Below the pieces are notes generated by a model that was given only the letters and a program-made list of their open reading frames with translations, did no database searches and had not been told where the DNA came from. A program made the translations under genes and the position numbers. From contig OZ316893.1 of NCBI GenBank assembly GCA_973895155.1, positions 558,860 to 622,859 of the forward strand: a stretch of DNA of 64,000 bases, read 5' to 3'. The stretch comes from Marsupella aquatica (Eukaryota; Plantae; Marchantiophyta). Below, piece after piece: positions 12,805 through 26,332 of the stretch. Numbering within the stretch: the first letter of the stretch is position 1; the number at the start of each line of letters is the position of its first letter.

Positions 12805-13483
12805 TGTGAAGTTTGATTCTGCTTGTGTGTTCCCTGAATGGGAAGCAGCAGAATAAGCTTGATCTCTTTAGCCATTCTGGGGAACTTACTCTCAGTTTCA
12901 ATAAAGTAATCGAGGCAGCCAATTTTGATGAGTGGGAAATGTCTGTAACTTGAGTATAATCTTTATTGGTTATCTTGTCTTGATCAGTTTTGTGTATGAT
13001 GGAAGGCTACCGCCCTCGCTTACAACCCATGTGCATTATGAAAGTTTTGACAAATGCTTAGTTTGGTTGTGTGAAATCCTTTTTAGGCCCGTTTCTAGGC
13101 ACTAAATATGCCATTCAAAAAATGACATATCCCTCGCTAACAAAAGCTCATGTCGCTAGCAATTTCTCCTGTTTCCTTGCATGGTACAAACCCCCTTAAG
13201 TAACATTCTGTATCGATCAAGTCGTTCGCAACTACAGTTGGTCGAAGTGAAAGAAATATGAGAGCTTCTCACACTGTCGTCCGCGACTATATTTGGTTTA
13301 AGCATCTTGTCATAGCTCGGCACACACATCTTAGCTTTACATAGCATTCAGCGATCTTTGAATTTGACGTCCTGCGATTTCTGCAACGCGTGCTCGTGCA
13401 GCTCACTTGAACGTCTCTGCGACAATCGGGACTCCCAGTTGTCATGGTCTAACAAGCAACTGAAAACAACAAGAAACTCGCTA

Positions 13484-13648
13484 TTTAGGGTTTAGGGTTA
13501 GAGACTAGTTATCCGCTGTCAGTTACGATTTCTCTCTGCGGACGGACGGGCAACCCTTTTGATAGGGAGAGCCCTCATTTCACTCTGGAATTGAATGGTT
13601 TTGGGGAATTACGGAGAACTGAATTGAGCTTTTAGGGTTTTAAGGTTT
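13484..13648 (+). promoter_or_regulatory. Telo-box (TTTAGGG/AAACCCTA) motifs upstream of the ribosomal protein gene
   Basis: tttagggtttagggttag at ~13484 and tttagggttttaaggttt at ~13631, within 250 bp of the mL53 ATG. Telo-boxes are established plant promoter elements of translation-machinery genes. Confidence 0.6.
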
Positions 13649-13728
13649 AAAGAGAAAACTGAATCGATATATTTGGGAGTCCACGGAGCCCCAGGAGAGA
13701 GATATACGGCGCGCGCGAGAGAGAGAGG

Positions 13729-14079
13729 ATGTTCAAGCATTTATCAAAGGTGAGAATAGAGTTCAATGCTCTGGACCCCCGAGCAGCGTCGGCCCTGGAA
13801 TTTCTGGCACAATGCAACTCGAGGAAGGCCCGGCAGTCGAACCCGAAGTGCGAGGTCATAGTCAAGCGCAGGACCGACGAGGCTACTCCTCTTATTACCG
13901 TTACTTACGCAAATGGCAGAGTACAGGAGTTGGATGGATCGGTAATGCATGCCAACCAGATTCGGAGAGGAATTCTCGCCCAGGCAGATATGATGGAAAC
14001 CGAGCAGCGTTTTCGGGATGCGGGGCAGGAGTGGCCGGTCATCATCCCCGTCGACGAGCCTGCACAAAAGTGCACCTGA
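13729..14079 (+). CDS. MRPL53: Mitochondrial large ribosomal subunit protein mL53
   Basis: Intronless 116-aa ORF MFKHLSKVRIEFNALDPRAASALEFLAQCNSRKARQSNPKCEV... recognisable as the plant mL53 family. Confidence 0.9.
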   Translation: MFKHLSKVRIEFNALDPRAASALEFLAQCNSRKARQSNPKCEVIVKRRTDEATPLITVTYANGRVQELDGSVMHANQIRRGILAQADMMETEQRFRDAGQEWPVIIPVDEPAQKCT

Positions 14080-17000
14080 GACCCACCTGGAGATTCAGTA
14101 GAGAGCTCAGTCCCGTTTTAGTTCTACAAGAAATTCCGGTTTTACAGCGGAAACTCCAATCAATTACCAACTGAAATTGTCCTTTGAAGTTGCCATAGTT
14201 GTCACATATGCCCATGGATCGCAAGCAAGTAAAACAGAGATGATTTACTATGCTGCGGACATTGATGCAAGCTTCAGATCGTGATCTAGAATGGAGCATT
14301 TCTCAAAGCTTAATTGATGGGAAAAAGTTTCCAGAACTAGGACTTTGCGGCGAAATGAAGTTGTTCCACATTTGAACCTTCACAAAATCAGGACTGGTGT
14401 GCTTCCTGCAATAAGCGAACTGCTTATCACATTACAAGTTAACTGGTCTACTGCAGATGTAAAAAGAGAGAATATATCACTGAGGTATTTTTCTAATACT
14501 AAGATGCTTTGTTCAAGATTGTATCAGATTCCGTCCACAAGTCAGTGGCCAGTCGCGTAGTACTTTGATTCGTGCTATCAAACCATCTGTCTACGCCATG
14601 GTTGGTCTTATGAGTTCCAACACGGAGATTTTAGATATGTTTATGAATCATTCTAAGCGTTTTTATCCATGCCAAACTGTATGTTCTTTCTTATATCGTC
14701 TACACATTTGTAATGAATGAAATTGTTCATATTTTGACGACGCACACTTGTCAATGAAAGTATTAATGAAATTGATCGATGGGTCATGCAGATTCTCACT
14801 GTGCATGTGGATAGCTTACATTAGTACAGGCTCTAATCAAATAGCTTTGTCCTCGTTTGTCTCTTCTGCTCCTTCGAAACCAGGATGCTAGTTGTACTCT
14901 TCTTTGACTACCTGTAAGCTACTGCAACCAATCTTTCGTCTGCCAGGTCTGTATGTTCTCGACGTCGCAATAGGCTTCTCTTCACCAGCTTGTATTGCTA
15001 GAGACGTTAACCTGTTCGAAATTTCACCTTGATACAATAATTTCCGACAGGATCCGTCTCGTTTGTGGATTGTACAACTGACCCACTAACGAGCTAGTAT
15101 TTCCAAAACCTTCTTGAGTATACAGTCTACCAACAGCTAGTTCTAGTCAAGCGGCTTGAGGTCAAGAACATGAATCCTTTCAGAGCTGTAAGATTTAGTT
15201 CATTCATACATTGTTTTCTTGGAGTACACAGCAGATGTAATGACGAAGGGCGTCGAGAAGCTTTAGGGTTTAGGCGGAGGCTCGCTGTTTACATGTGGAA
15301 GAGTTCGGCCCAACCTTAGAAGTGATCTTGAAATTATTTTGGCTCGGTTTGAAAACTCTATTTTTGGTTGAGAAATGGCCCAGTCTGAAGATCACTTGGG
15401 AGAACCCATCTTATTATGCCTGTCTTTCTTCATGCCACCGGCATTTTCTTGTGGTGCCCTTATATATGTGTACATGTCCACCATAAGGCACGCTACCACA
15501 GATTTTGAACATGTTTGGCTCGTCGTGCATTGAGAACTGTGTTTTTTGTTGCTACTGCGGCAATTCATGGGCCACTAGTTGGAATACAAATTTAGCTTCA
15601 GGACAATTGCGTTTCTCGAATTGCTGGAGCCTGACTCAATTCCTGGTCATTCTAGGCGACGGGATTCACGACAAAGTTCAATTTCAACGTAGAGATTCAG
15701 CTTTTTGACTTCGTGTTATGTTGTTGGGGAGAATCCTGCAGGACTGATGCTAGTCCAATCAAAGGGAGTCACACATCAGTTCCAAGACACTATGTTAGCT
15801 GTGGTCAGAGAATGAGTCTAAAGCCTTTGGTCCACAGAAGCTTGAACAATCAATAAGGGATCATATGGGTGAGTTACTTGTCGAACAGTCCATACCTTAG
15901 TCTCCTTTAAAGGCTTGGTTTGACTACTCACGGCTCTCTGTTGGAGATCTTTGTCTCCTTCAATGGACTCTTCCATGGGGCCGTCCATCACCTGACTTAC
16001 TCGTAGGTCTGGCTATTCTTTCTTTTGTCTTGGAAAGCAAACTTTAATGAAAAAGATAAAGCATGCTTTCCGCGGATTTCAGGTTTGGCTATTCTTACCT
16101 TCGTAGCTGATCTATCCTGACTCTCGGAAATCAGCTTTTCTCCCTTTGAAGCAGTCACTGTTAATACCCTGCTCAAAGCCTGGCCTTAGCAATTACTTAA
16201 AAACATAGCTGCTCAAAATCATGAGCATATTTGCAAAGCACTTGCCAAACGCTGCGATTTTTACGCAAGTTTCGCTTCTCAAAATCATGAGAGTTGCAAA
16301 GTACTTGCCCGACAAACAGCTAGGCATCCTTTGCAAAGCTAATCGAAACTTTGTGAAGCTAAAAGAAACGCAATTACTTTCTCGAGTTTTCAAATCCAAC
16401 TGTGATTAGAAACTCATTCGGCACCTTTAGTCTTGGGAACTTTGAAAACTTACTGTCCCCCATTTTCTTTCGAACCACAGCGCCTCTGTGCAAATGTGCA
16501 ATGCGTGTACAGCGCAAAAACGTTTCAATCCTTCCACCTTCGGAAATGGTTTGTGATAACTTTTGTTTATTAAGTCCCTAAAGCTTTAAACTCGTTGTTT
16601 GTGTTTTTTCTAGTGTCGATCAAAATGTCTTAATATGAGGATCTAGCAAGGAGGTTGTCAATGCCGATAAGTTTAAGATTAGCTAGTTTCAAAGAGCAAA
16701 AGAGAGCTCCTTGCAGTAGGCATCATTTGTGTTTCTAGTTTGTCACAAATCAATAGAGGATAGGTTGCTTGCGGGGGATTCGATTAGTGGGCTAGAGGAT
16801 TGGGTGGGGCCTTGGTTGAGTCGAAGCACTTTCTTAGTTTGATATAGTTGAGAACGGAATTTAAATTCTCTTTTTAATTAATTCTTCCAAAGTGATTAGG
16901 GAGTTGCTACTAATGTCTACAAGTTCTGTAAGGTTGTCTAACTATTTATCACGGGCCTCTTCCATATGTCATGTTTAAAGTCTCTTTGTCATTGCATAAG

Positions 17001-18736
17001 TGTTTCCCTATAGAGAAGCCCCTTCGCCACACAAGAATCGCATTGAGACCAACAAGATACTGGCATTGGCAAAACGAGGTCCACCACATGTCCAATAAGG
17101 ACGCATGGATTGAGCATGGACAAATTTGGAGCAATTTTAGTGATTGAGCTTTGTTTTTACACCAGGCCCATGACCAAATAGGGTTGGTCATAATAGCTGA
17201 CCTTGTCAATACTTCCTAGTGTGACAAAATAAGTAGGAAAGTACTTTCCTCTCCTCACTGGAACCCTCATGACAATACAGTAGGACCTAGTTACAGCAAG
17301 TGTACATTCCATTCGACAAAGTATTGCACACAAGTATTGCAGACATGTGCCCTGCTGGTTTTCGCAACGGTGGCCTCTGGAATAAACGGGCGCACTGCTG
17401 CCCTTTAAAATTAAAAATATATATACCTTGCCGCCTTTTTTGGGCCCCCTTCACAACTACTGAACAAAGTTTAGCCAACACAATAAACTTCTGACTATCA
17501 ATGAGGTATGGACAAAGAGTTTGATCAGCAACCTAATAAGTAATTAGACTGCATCAATATCACCCCAGCCAACTAACATATTATCTTTGCTATCACAGGC
17601 AAATTGTAATTGAATGGCCAGACTGATTTCAAAGGGGGTCTGTACATAATTGTTCACTTTTTAGTCTTATTTTTCTTGAGTGAAAGGTGACCATGCACCA
17701 CAATCAATTCCAAGGCACACAGGGGAAAATCAGCTGGGAGCAAAGAAAAACACAACCTAAGGGCCAAGGGAGAAGAACAGTAAGTTGAATAAGTTGTCCA
17801 TATGCCATGGCATATGGAGATCACTTAGGGCTAGGTTCCATGGGCCAAGACCAGGGAGTAAGATCACTATCTCTGACACCCCCTGGGGCCCAAATACACC
17901 ATATGCCAAGGTGTACACAGTATTTTAAATGTATGAATTTTGACTTTAGAGCCAATGAGAATCACTGTACTATCACTATACAGCGCAAAGGGTGCCCCTA
18001 GAGTTTAACAGGGAGTGTGAGGGAAAACCATGCTCCCTACTACCTTATTTGTACACTCCTCACTCCCTGGAAAAGCTGTGATCTTATTGGCTCAAACATG
18101 CCAACACACATGTGCACTCCTCACTCCCAGCCCCATGGAACCTAGCACTTATACACTAGCCCAACCTCTTTTTCTTCTTCTTCTTTCGTGCTCGTGGGCT
18201 GGGTGCTCGTGGGCCGGGAGGTGGGTGCCCTAGATGTGGCAGGGAGGTCCTAGCTAGAATCACAGTTCAAAGTACACCAAAGTCACTTACTGTAGGTTTA
18301 GCACCCAGCCAGCACCCCAGGGTAAAAAGCATTGTGCAATAGTGTATGGGGAATAGTGTATGGGGTACACTAGGATAAGAGTGAGGGGCAGATTTAGGGG
18401 GTCAAAGTGAAATTCATATTGATTTTTTACTTTTTTAGTTTGCCCAAACATGTGAAACATTTGGTTGATTTCTTGCCATATCTCGCAATTGGAGCTGCCA
18501 TACTGTTTGGATAAGCCAACCCATCTTTTTTCCCGGTCTGTGCTCCCAAAGGATCCACCCTAGCAAGCCAGCCAGCCAACCGCGGGCCCCCTTCCCCTCA
18601 CTCTGTCGCCAGCCAGTGCCAAGCACAAAATTCCGCCGCTTCGTCTGGAGCTCAAATCTGCCCCTGCAGCAGCGAGTCGCGAAGAGAAGAGGAGCTTGAT
18701 CTGAGCTTGTTTAAGCACCCAGAAAATTCTGTAGCA

Positions 18737-19382
18737 ATGGCGTGCACTACAGTCGTCACCGTCAGTGCCCCGGTCGTGGCCCAGTTTGGAGAGTCTCGAG
18801 TTCTGTCCCTCCAGAGCACCGTCGTCTCCGGTGCTGCTCCCAGGACCAGCTTCTCATCCAAGCTCGTCGCCAACAAGGGCAGGGTTGTCATGAGGTACGA
18901 GGAATCTCTTCTTTCCAATCTCTTGTCCCATTCCAATGTTGGGAATTTTACTGCTGCCTGCTGTAGGTCTCTGTGGACGATCTAGGGTCGGAAAACTCCG
19001 GTGATACTGAGCTCAGCTCGGCCTAAGTATTTGGATGAGTTGAGATTGATGAGCTTCCGAAGTACTGCATTTTCCGGTGAGGTTAGGTCGGGGGAATGGT
19101 TGGGCTTCTATATGACACTCCGGGAGCTGACCATTCTTCTCAATCGTTCAATTTTTTGGACGCAGCGCTGCACCTCAAAAGGCCATCAACATGGCTGGAC
19201 TGACCACCATCGCATTGGTGGCCGCTACTATCGTCCCCGAAATCGCCGAAGCTGCGGCCCCAGGAGTGTCCCCCTCTTTGAAGAACTTGCTCTTAAGCGT
19301 TGTGGCCGGAGGAGTTGTTCTCGGCGGCATCGGCATTGTCATCGCAGGAGTGTCCACCTTTGATCCTGTCAAGAGACGGTGA
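18737..19382 (+). CDS. PSBX: Photosystem II subunit X precursor (exons 18737-18894 and 19166-19382, 124 aa)
   Basis: Transit peptide exon, GT-AG intron 18895-19165, thylakoid signal ending AEA, mature peptide [20 protein letters not shown]...[10 protein letters not shown]. Confidence 0.95.
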
Positions 19383-20431
19383 AGAAGAAGCAGGGATGGC
19401 AGTGCCATCATGTAGATTTTGGGTAGTGCCGATCCAAAGACAGAGGGGAAAGAACTCGTCGAAATCTTGTTTATCTACCTCTGTATGTGTACATCAAAAA
19501 CTATATCATGATTCAGCGAATGAAGACTATAATTCTTTGTGATCATCGCATTTGTTGCCATTTCAATCAACAAACATTTAATGATTGATGACTTCTTTGT
19601 TTCCTAAGACAGAGCAGCTCTGAAACTGGTAGAGGCGGTTGTAGCTTATAGTTGATTGACTACCACCAGGGAATATCCTTGAGCAGCTCTTTGGAATTTC
19701 CGCACTGTTTGGGACTTGGCTTCTCACCTTGGGATTTGATGCGATAAATCTGGAGGAATTTATCGCATGAGTATGACTCTACCACATGAGTATCTCTTGC
19801 TATGGGGCACTTGTGGTAGCCAATGGCAATTATGATTTTGGGTCTTTGTGCCTCTGGAAGATCTGGAAGGGTGAATCTGGCATGCTTTGCAATGTATAGC
19901 CGATTCACTTTAAAATTGATTCGGAAAAGATTTATCTTAATGAGGGGGAAGATTTATCTTAGCAAAGTGGGTCTGGAAACAGGAATCTAGTCGAACATAA
20001 TTGCCCAGGTATGAAACTTTGAAGCACGGAGAGATGTTTGTCGTCGGGGTAAGGCCCTAACGGGCCCACAGGAGAACAACAATCTCGCGAAATTTCTTTA
20101 CCAGATTTGATAGAAAGAAAAGTGATCACTCTCAAGCAAACCTGCGTATCCTCCGACAAACTAGTTGAGTGCCCAACCGCTGTTCTACGTTAAGTCTTTC
20201 AAACGGTACTCTTTTGCCTCGAAATGCCTTGTTATGTGACTTCCACGCGACGAATATAAAAAGAAAGTTGCCTACATAACTTTTGAACGTCAAGGATAGA
20301 GCTATCTCAAGTTTGCCAATCGTTGTGACAAGATTGATGTAAGCATGGGGAAAAACTTTCTCTATATTAGGGCTATGTAACCAACGCCTACCTTTTACGA
20401 ATATTCTCGAAATGCTCATTATGCCCGTGCA

Positions 20432-20514
20432 ACAAGTTCTTCACGCCTCATTCACTTCCCAATTTCTGAGCTCAAGTTCTTCGTGCCTCAATTCACTCCC
20501 CAATTTCTGAGCTC
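20432..20514. repeat. ~40-bp tandem duplication
   Basis: caagttcttc..gcctca.ttcact.cccaatttctgagct occurs twice in tandem. Confidence 0.85.
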
Positions 20515-23500
20515 AGGGCCTCGACGGTTTCTTTAGGCGAATTTTAGTAAGGGCGATCGGATGGAAAACCGGGAGCCAATGGAGGAGGTTTATTATAGCG
20601 GTTCATAATATCCCTAGTATCGACTCCTGCTGTGGCTAAAACAGAGCAACCTTAAAAATTACCCTGCAGTAGACTTCTGGAGCAATGTTGTAGTTGGGCT
20701 CGAGGGACGTATCAAAAAGTACACAAAAGTCAAAAGGCTATCTGCTGGGCATGGGAGACTATCTACACTGCCCAAGAAACACAAACAGAAAATGCCAACT
20801 CTTTAGACAAGTATAGGATAATGCAACTCTAGGCAGCCGTTATTGGGCTGCAACGGGGTGACCAGGTTCTGACAGGAAGTTGACCGGCGTAGCCGGGAAA
20901 CTGACTGGAAGAACTGGGGAACACCGGTAAAGCCCACTAATGGATGGCCTAGATCTGCGCTAACTCATGTAATCTAGGTCGACTGTGTTGGTTACCGGAT
21001 AAACCCGTTTTGGCAAATGGGATGAGGCATCAGCAGCGCGCAAACAATGGGAGGCGCGAGCAATGCGAGAGTGGGAGGCAGTAGTGGGAGGTGCGAGCGA
21101 TGCGCGAGTAGTGTGAGAATGAAGGTCGAAGCGCTAAGTGGGAGGCTGAACGGGGAGGCGAGTGCAGCGGCTGAGTCGTCAAGTTGCTGAAAGGGCGGCG
21201 AGTTGCAGTCAATTTCACTGCATTTGAAATGGTTTTCTATGGTGGCATTGCTTTGTGCTTCTTTGTGTAGCTTGCAGTTTTTAAAATCTGTTTAGGGTGG
21301 CGTGAGCGCCGTGGAGATTTCAATCTAGTTTGAGTTGCATGCTTGTGCTGTGCGCTCGCCCCTTCAGCTGATTCAAAATGTGGATCCCCTGTGTGTTCTT
21401 GCTCTCAGATCCCTGTTATGTAATTAGTATAAGGTCATCAGACGATCGAATCACTAAGAACATGGCTCAATTGTGTCAAGAAGCTCTGCTCATTTTCTGC
21501 CATAACTGGTTCGATTAATTCAGTGTTGCCTGGTTGCAAGGTTGTGCGGGGTCGAAGGATGGGGGATTCTGATGACGGTGATCTGATGTTTGTTGAGGGA
21601 GAGGAAGAAGGAGGAGACATGGACATCATGTTCTTGGATGAGGCTAATGGGCCCTACAAGCTTCCGTGCCCGTCCAACTTGTCTGTTGTCTTCGATAATG
21701 AAACTTCCAATCTGCCTGGCCTGTTCGATGTATCCCATGTGTTTGAGAACGAAGTTGACACACTTTCACTCAACCAACCTTTGTATCATGGCATTGTGCC
21801 TCAGATCGAAGCTACTGTTCAGCCTCCTACTGAGTTGATGCAGGTAGAGGTAAATGCCCCTGGATTCAGGATTGTTATTGATCCATCGTTGGCTGATGCA
21901 GGGACAGGGAAAGAAAAGCGTAGATCTGAATAGAATGATCAATGGGCCACAAACCGTGCGAATCTACTTCGAACTGCTCTGAAGTGGGACACGAGTATCC
22001 CACTTGGGGATCTGCCTCTGGAGGTGCTTGATGAGCTATTCAGTAATGTCTTCTCCCGGGTTGTGAAGTTGGATGGCAAGCAGTATCCGTCATCGTCTTT
22101 AATGGGCCTGATGAATGCCTTCAATCGTGTGATAAGGCATGCAAGCGAGATGAGAGCTTTGAGAGGGGACAGAAATGTTGTGGATAGGGACTTCAAAATC
22201 AGCAAGCATGCATGCTTCACAAAAACTCGACTGGTTCTGAAAGCTGCAATCGAGAAGAGTGCGAAAGAGGGAATCAACAAAAAGACCAAGAAGGTACACG
22301 CTTCATTTATTTGTGTTGTGAATTATGCAGCTTGTTGTTGAACCATAACTGTGTTTTTGGATTTTGATAAGAGTGTGTTTCCTTGTGACAGGTATCGAAC
22401 CTCACAGAAGAGATGGAGAAAGCTATCCTGCCTGATATGGATCACCAGATTAACTTCTCCCATGGTTGTCAAAAACGTTTGGCTTTCTTCTTCCTTGTGA
22501 GGCTTGGGATTCGAGGAAAGGAGAATTGAATTCAGTCTATTAGCTGTCGGTTTTAGTTTGGTGATATTCAGTTCATGTTCGTTCTGACATTTTCTTGGAG
22601 TGGTTTGTGCTTGACTGATGCAGCTTTGAGGAGAGACAAAGCAAGAATAACTCCTACACGCTTGAGAGATACAACGAGGAGCAGTTTTGGAAAGTATTCC
22701 ATAGCTTTGAACCTGATTTTGTGCTGACATTGAGACAATATTTACGTCACATGCCTCCTCTTGAAGAGGGGACAAAACCTGACTTGTTCATGGGTGCTAT
22801 TCCTAATCCGATTGGAAATATTTGGTACAACAAGGTTCACAAGGTGTCGAAGGAGAGAACAGGTTCATGGCTTGTGAATATGCTGAAGTTAGTGGGCCTG
22901 CCTACAGAGTTGTTCAGTAATCGGTCTGGCAGAGCAACTCTGATTACACGCATGGCTGCAAGGGGAGTGCCTGATGAAGTTGGCATGCTGATATCAGGGC
23001 ATCATACCATAAGTGGGTATCTAAGGTATGATCGAACCAAGGCTATCAAGATGGAGGCAGCCACTCTAGTAGCATCAAATCCTATGATCAGTTACGAGTC
23101 TGCGTTACAGGAAGTATCCAAGAAGTTTGTGGAAGAAAAGATTGTAGGCAGTGCCCTTTGACCTGTGTGATTGATGGGGAGAGAGGGAGATGTGCTGCTT
23201 CTTCATCGTCAAATCAGAGTGTGCAGGTCCCTATAGATTCGACTTGTGATGCCGCCAGTACGGTGGGTAATGAGTGATTCAGCCTAACAACGCTTAGCAC
23301 GTGCATTAGGGGTATCTTAGGCCATAATTATTAGCATAACGACAATATTTAGGTAGCTATTATGAGTAGGAAATCATTAGTCAATAAGGGGCATTTGTGT
23401 TCGGGCTGGCAGCGGGTCGCCATTCGCATGCCCGGGTTGCAAGCATGTAATGGGCCCCCTTTCCCCCCCTCGGGTCCGTATAACAAAATTTGAGAGGCGG

Positions 23501-23716
23501 CCACTGACACATGTTGACCCGGACTGGCGGAGTGGCCAGTACCCTGCAAGCGTGAAAGGCTCGGCCTATAAGCGACAAGGAGGCGTCGGGCAATCGACGA
23601 GCTCTCACGGTATAAAAAGGGGGCCAATCCTTTGCAGTGCATCAGTTCTTTAGTCCACGCGCCAGCTTTGACCCCAGTTCTCTCACTCATCCTTAGTCGC
23701 CTTCTATCTCCTCTGA

Positions 23717-24289
23717 ATGTCGCACACGATCGTTTCCAGTTCGGCCATACGATTTTGGATGCAGTTCCTGTCTATCGAGGGGCACTTGGCCGACTCATTA
23801 AAACACGCCAACCCACGCCAATACGAAATCGAATGCGAGTACGAGAGTGCCATCCGCCTAGCAGGCTGCCACCACTATCTCCTTAACTTTGATTACCCGT
23901 CCCAGAGCGAGCTTTACCGACCCGAAGAAATATCAGGGTACTTCTTTGACGGGGGAAAATACATCGGCTTCTGGGAGGCATTGCTTCGGCTTCTGGATGC
24001 GGTCTTCACTATCCCGGGCACGATCGACTTACAGTGGCACCACTTCGACCACATCCCCGCTCGGGTCCAGGACATCATCAACAGTGAGTCCAGCACTACC
24101 CGGTCGACAAGGGCGTCTACACTTACTTCGGAAAATCTCTACCGGCACCTACAGAATTTCATGGCAACCACACCATCGACCACCGGTGCCGGCCCAGCCG
24201 TGCCCGTACCCGCACCAGCACCGGCTCAGGCTCAGGCTCCGCCTCAGCCTAGCCAACCCCACCGCCGGTCGCCCCGCCCATACAGGTGA
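23717..24289 (+). CDS. Element-B ORF1, 190 aa, unknown function, Pro/Ala-rich tail
   Basis: Intact ATG-TGA ORF about 100 bp downstream of TATAAAAAGGGG (23611). Confidence 0.55.
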   Translation: MSHTIVSSSAIRFWMQFLSIEGHLADSLKHANPRQYEIECEYESAIRLAGCHHYLLNFDYPSQSELYRPEEISGYFFDGGKYIGFWEALLRLLDAVFTIPGTIDLQWHHFDHIPARVQDIINSESSTTRSTRASTLTSENLYRHLQNFMATTPSTTGAGPAVPVPAPAPAQAQAPPQPSQPHRRSPRPYR

Positions 24290-24306
24290 GATCCGTCGTC
24301 AATGCT

Positions 24307-26332
24307 ATGGATCTCAGCGATGACAAAGAGGCTACCTTACCCCTACTCAAGTGGCCTAGAGGAGCAAGCACCCAGGGAGCCGGCACTACATCGCCTCTTC
24401 CCCAGGCCTGGACCCAAGTAGCGGCTCCGGTGGACAACACGGTGACCGTAGCCGCCCCGGCCCCAATACTAACGGTGGTAGCACTACCTATACCCGATCG
24501 AGAGGATGGGGAGATGTCACCCTCCCCGAGCCAGTCTCGGGGAAAGAAGAGGAAGGAACCCGCAGCTGTATCGGGGTTACCCATGGCCACGGTAGTCGCG
24601 GCCAAGGTGACAATGCACCGCATGGGGGAGAACATGCATAAGAACATCCTCCATCCCAAACATGCAGTGTGCTTGAAGACTCAGGGGTTTGAGCACCTTG
24701 CCTCTCTCCCTTGGAACACCTGCAGATACTACGGGGAGGACATGATGGAGTTCGTCAAGAATTATGATGACGTCCGTCAGTAGACTCAGCTACAAGGGAG
24801 GAATATGTCCCTCACAGAAGAGCGGCTCAAGATGATCTTTGGGCTACCCGAGGGAGATCAACGAGTCGAATCATGGGCTCCCGGGGGCAAAGGAGCCAAG
24901 TACCAATCCTCGAGTTTTCCCTCCAAGGGGTCAGTGGACAACGGGTTCGTGATGAGGACCTGCCTCATCCCCAAGATAGCCGAGCGGCTGGAGTTCCAGA
25001 GGTATGTCCTCCACATGATGGAACCCCGGGCAAGATCTCCGCTGCCCAGGTTATCCAGGTCAAGAACTATCGGCCTACAAAGTGGGCGTCGTACTTTGCT
25101 AAGAAGTTCCATGAAGAGATGGAATGGCAAAGGAAGGCATTGTACATCAGTGGGAAGGCGTATTTTGCGAGCCACATCGAGATCATTCTCGAGTGGTATG
25201 CCCGGTTTGATCGATGAACCCTTCCCCGGGCCAACATAACTAAGTTGGTTCCGACTAAGTGGATCTTCCCGGCCTTGGAGAGACGGCCTCAACCTGAGGC
25301 CCAAAGTCTAGCAGCCACGCAGGCCTCACCCACCCCACCTCCACAAGTAGCCGTAGCCGTGGCCGAAGAGGTATCGGACGAGGCAGTGATCGCAACCTTA
25401 GACGCGATCAACCAGACCAGGCCAAGTACAGAAGTCAGGGCGGTGGAGGCCTTGACCAAGGGTCCAGAAGATGCACCGGTGGCTATTCCAGAGGACAGCA
25501 CAATGATGGAGGAGGACACTCCAGCCCCTTCCAACACTACATCCCCAGGGCTGGATGTCACTACCCCGGCTCCCGCGCGAGTTGACGTTTGCCCATGCCC
25601 AAATCTGGACTCGCACAACCTGGACCACCCGGAACTCTTTGCACCGGGTACATTTCTGAACAAGATTTTGGGAGATTTCTCCCAATGGATTGCCCGGGAT
25701 ACCGGGGAGTTCATGGCCCGGAAGGTAGCCTACTTCTTCAATCAGGAGTTGGTTACCGCAGTAAAGGCAGGTTGGGCCTAGTCGGAGTCCCTTAAGAGGA
25801 TAGAGCGGTACCGGGTTGAGTCCGTGTACCTAAAGGGAAAAATTGAGACTCAAGAGGCTGAGCTTTTGCAACTACGACCCAAGGTTGCAGCCGCCGATGA
25901 GTTGTTAGCAAATGCGCACGCCCTTACCGCCTTAGCCAAACATGCCAAAGCTGGGAAGGAGGCCGAGATTGCACGGCTCCAGACCCAGATTGACAGTTTG
26001 AAGAATCAAACTGTCACTGGTAGAAAGACCTAGAGGAGGCCGAAGAGCGGGCCCAACGTGACACTACGGAGATTGCCGCCCTACAGGCCAAAGTAGCGCG
26101 GCTTCAAACCAAAGCCGAGAAGCAGAACCAGATGGTGGACAAGCTGACGAGCAACGCCCAGCAACTGGAAGAGGCATGCTAGGAGGCAGCTGAGTAGACG
26201 GACGCGACAAAGCGAGAGAACAAATCTCTGCTAGACCAAGTCCAGCTCCTCAAGATGGACAACGACAGACTCCGTAGGCAGCGGGATGGCCGCTTCCACT
26301 CGGACGGCTCTGGCAAGCGCACCAGGCATTAG
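24307..26332 (+). pseudogene. Element-B ORF2: same plant-transposon-protein-like domain plus coiled coil as family A; disrupted
   Basis: QGFEHLASLPW...DMMEFVKNYD...LQGRNMSLTEERLKMIFGLPEG aligns with A's SGLEAFVRLPW...DLLEFVGSWE...IYGKDFYLTPKVIAEVFGLPIG. Several TAG stops and frameshifts. Confidence 0.7.

Noticed and set aside
14100-18600. Short ORFs between mL53 and PsbX
   Set aside because: No recognisable motifs or consistent splice structure; treated as intergenic or decayed repeat.
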